Shown here piece by piece: positions 62,101 to 64,000 of a DNA stretch of 64,000 bases (position 1 is the stretch's first letter; every line of letters begins with the position of its first letter). The notes below the pieces were generated by a model. That model did not search any database. It was given only the letters and a program-made list of their open reading frames with translations, and was not told where the DNA came from. Made by a program: the position numbers and the translations under genes. Location: positions 186,001 to 250,000 of IMG/VR virus record IMGVR_UViG_3300023174_005338; one strand, given 5' to 3'.

Positions 62101-64000
62101 ATTGTTGCCCATGACCGGTACCAAGCCATAGCCATAGTTGGCAGTGCTGTCGTTGGTGTCATTGACTGCTATGGACGGCGTGGTCAAATAACTGGTACCA
62201 GGTTGAGTCACTGTAACTGTGGCAATGGTTCCATTGGCTCGTAAAACTGCTGTGGCCTGTGCTCGCAGACCTGAATAGGTCAGAGTAGCAGTTCCATTGG
62301 CTAGACTTCCACTGGTAAATCTTGGTGCATTGGTTCCTGTGGTGCCAGCCACGGTCACAGTGTACAAATTGTTGCCATAAAACACCTGATCACCCAACGC
62401 AAGAGCAGTTGAAGCAGTCCATTCGTTGCCTATGGTTATGTAAGGCACAGCAGAATACGTGGTAGTGGTATCAATCACAGTGATGGCCTGCACACTCAGT
62501 CCGTAGTTGTTGAACCAATCACTCCAGGGTCTTTGCAACCAGATCTCTGCATCAGCCGAGGCATCACTGACAAATGATTGTGTCACACTGTTGCTGTAGT
62601 CATACGGTGTGAGTACGGGACTCACAAACTGCGGAATGTCCAATGTGGTATTAAAATAGGCCGGAACATCATAGTCAGTTAGAGCTCCTGCATACAGATC
62701 TATACCATCATATATGAGATTAAATTGAAGATTCTGCACATGATAAGGCTTGACTTCATTGAGATAGTCCAGCACAAAAGTCTGATTGTCTGGTTGGAAC
62801 AGCTCATAGGGCAGTAATCCGCGAATCACATGATCCACAGTGATATAACTGGTTTTGATCAACCATTCTGGAGCACCAAATTCACTGTAAATGAACTTGA
62901 ACAACAAGATCAAACTCTGATTGCGTTCGATCAACAAATCATCCACAAACAGTTCTTCATTGATGGCTCGAACGATATAGCGTGTTTCGGTATTGGGTGC
63001 CTGATCAAAATAATTGCCGTCAAATACCTGAGCGTCAAAACCGTAACCACCCAGAGCATAGTTCCACAAAGTTTCACTGAATTCTATGGTACCATCTTGC
63101 AAGACCACACGATCCCATCCAAGATCAGTGCGCAAGTAAATTTCAAATTTGCCTTGGCCGTTGGCAGTGACCTTGACACTGCTGCCTACTGGTGCTGTTT
63201 GCAAATTCAGTGTTTGCAGACCAGCGACATTGGCCACCGTGGCCACAGGCTGTATGCTGGAGTTGTAACCAGGCCGGTACCAGTCAATGTAGTTCCAGTA
63301 CAATGTGGTATCATAGGTCTGCACTTGCACCAGATCCAACACTCGTTGACCTGGCTGGGTGCCAGCGTTGACCTGATATATGGTCCAGCGACCATTTTGA
63401 CTGGCATCATTGGTCACTAGATATCTATAACCCAAGGGCACGACGTACAGATTTTGATAACTCAACACTTCAAGATTGGCCACTTCAAAATCCCAGGCAC
63501 CAGACACCGAGGATGGTATGGGTTCCTGAGAATTCAACAGATTAAAATTACGAGTTTCACTGATGGGAAACTGAGCCAACACTGTGTTGGCGCGACCTAG
63601 ATAGTTTTGCAATGCATTGAAACGATTTTCAAACATGCTCTGTCTAGGGCGGAATTGCACACCATACTGCATGCCTGGACTCAGCAGTGGATCTGGCACC
63701 ACAGCTCCAGTGGTAGTGGTTCCACTCAGACTGTCCAGTAATTTCCTATAGAGATTGGCATTCAAAAACGCATTGGGTTTGCCATCAGGAATAAACTCAT
63801 ATTCCTGGTGCACATCAGCTGTGCCTCCTTGAATCTGTCGATCATATTCCACATGCAAAATTGTGTTGTTGGCCGACAGCAAACTGCCAGCATTGTACAA
63901 GGCTATGGCATTGGCAGTCAAGGCTGCAATGTAAGGCAGACCGCTGCCGGCGGGATTTAAAATATAACTGGCAATGGCAGTGGTACTCAGTGTTTTTCTG
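59116..64000 (-). CDS. Very large virion structural protein (baseplate/tail-associated), 5'-truncated by the window
   Basis: >1600 aa; frame open to the window edge; recurring F(I/V)GDG(S/T)T repeats and beta-rich Ig-like segments. Confidence 0.7.
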   Translation of the reverse strand, partial: RKTLSTTAIASYILNPAGSGLPYIAALTANAIALYNAGSLLSANNTILHVEYDRQIQGGTADVHQEYEFIPDGKPNAFLNANLYRKLLDSLSGTTTTGAVVPDPLLSPGMQYGVQFRPRQSMFENRFNALQNYLGRANTVLAQFPISETRNFNLLNSQEPIPSSVSGAWDFEVANLEVLSYQNLYVVPLGYRYLVTNDASQNGRWTIYQVNAGTQPGQRVLDLVQVQTYDTTLYWNYIDWYRPGYNSSIQPVATVANVAGLQTLNLQTAPVGSSVKVTANGQGKFEIYLRTDLGWDRVVLQDGTIEFSETLWNYALGGYGFDAQVFDGNYFDQAPNTETRYIVRAINEELFVDDLLIERNQSLILLFKFIYSEFGAPEWLIKTSYITVDHVIRGLLPYELFQPDNQTFVLDYLNEVKPYHVQNLQFNLIYDGIDLYAGALTDYDVPAYFNTTLDIPQFVSPVLTPYDYSNSVTQSFVSDASADAEIWLQRPWSDWFNNYGLSVQAITVIDTTTTYSAVPYITIGNEWTASTALALGDQVFYGNNLYTVTVAGTTGTNAPRFTSGSLANGTATLTYSGLRAQATAVLRANGTIATVTVTQPGTSYLTTPSIAVNDTNDSTANYGYGLVPVMGNNLVRSIKTTIRYDRYEYASDIVEWSYLVASYAEGTQVRYLDQVWQANGTITNSPVTTTATASAGSFSITVVSPVGLVQGLLVTGFNIPDNTIIAEINGNVIELNKATLATLNNIPVNFYKNFDLDQWTRVQADSLSGVDRTMGFYTPTDNMPGLSLPLLIDGVDYPGVQVDAPDFNQNTGFDVGNYDINPFDNISFDAVGRPTYDPGILDAAYSSAYLDPYLGTRATDINVDGGVYVGPYSSHAPEELVPGSEFDTLDLRVYTRPGSDWLQQGHGFPSAQIKYTLDITEPNLSFAGVEPYTALVFVSNQTQQIDLHLGTDYTVNYVDRTVNMIPGGNVNAGDIIVITAYEIGGGNQLYKAVYNGADIGNSVTVPVAYYQIDGVTPEIQEFVIFVNGVITTNYTYAPTGQFATTVTFGTTYTFTDSITLYVLAPTITAVGNIPVNYSWSAPQTQIINAIGSGLSFTLDNSLIFTNPECLIVTVNGVRARTAGGIRHVGDGSTAYTLPDRLGFNQSIIADNQVKVYINSIPQTLGTDFVVEPYDGTVREVIFATEPAIGSEILIYVTTNVQCYVNGDQLVFNAGSGLQPSLGDVIAVTTWNDPRQQAILTQCFVGPVITGVVVNEPYDSVDFDVGNTTGDPGSYDYTQGNTTTTNSLDLGVIITDPDRLWVSLNGSRLFNNQQFVINGTELILTSGILNVNDVVMITQFTNTVVPEAMAFRIFQDMRGVQATYRITPETTTTTTAAVTITDDIIYVANATALPEPDFANNVWGVITINAERIMYRERNTSNNTVSGLLRGTAGTAITAHVLGVTVYNLGRGNLLPEAYQNYIDSNTFTGDGTTTTFVASDVSIDQEDSTLRPDALQVFVGGISQSEHFIGDGSTKIFALSGVVATVDSVVTINGGLQVINVDYTIVNTTLTFTTAPSAETVIVVAAYTIDAIDPVEITFETPPDSGVEVLILVRRGVTWYAPGAGTASNGEPLQITNTAAARFLRGL

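Noticed and set aside
1-64000. CRISPR array, rRNA, integrase/transposase, intron or intein
   Set aside because: No regularly spaced repeats or recognisable motifs; conserved enzymes read as uninterrupted ORFs of normal length. Manual inspection only.
1-64000. Stop-codon reassignment
   Set aside because: Genes are full length in the standard code; TAG (nadE, AAA ATPase) and TGA both end genes at expected positions; no suppressor tRNA seen.
55991-64000. Diversity-generating retroelement target in fibre genes
   Set aside because: No reverse transcriptase and no template/variable repeat pair seen in the window.

Overview
A gene-dense 64 kb segment of a large tailed-phage (jumbo, T4-like) genome in the standard genetic code. 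Phage evidence: T4-type RNase H, MoxR-type AAA ATPase plus VWA/metallopeptidase partner, virion structural genes at the right end, near-consensus sigma70 promoters together with T4-late-like (T/C)ATAAATA motifs, many small ORFans and a dispersed tRNA cluster. The porin, two Bug/TctC proteins, a DctP and the tmRNA tag point to a betaproteobacterial (Burkholderiales-like) host (inference). Three accessory blocks stand out. (1) A translation/transcription block (10.3-20.2 kb): a circularly permuted two-piece tmRNA, six tRNAs (a CAU tRNA with a long variable arm, a Leu tRNA without one), an RNA polymerase omega homologue, and a candidate ribosome-coupled attenuator whose leader codons match the downstream tRNAs. 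(2) A solute-binding protein/PP-loop/oxidoreductase block (20.2-27.2 kb). (3) A dispersed glycan/small-molecule tailoring set: NDP-sugar enzymes, DegT aminotransferase, amidinotransferase, carbamoyltransferase, six radical SAM proteins (five clustered), and GT-like and SGNH-like paralogues, ending next to the virion genes. No CRISPR array, rRNA, integrase, transposase, intron or intein was recognised. All calls come from motif reading by eye; no searches or folding programs were run.
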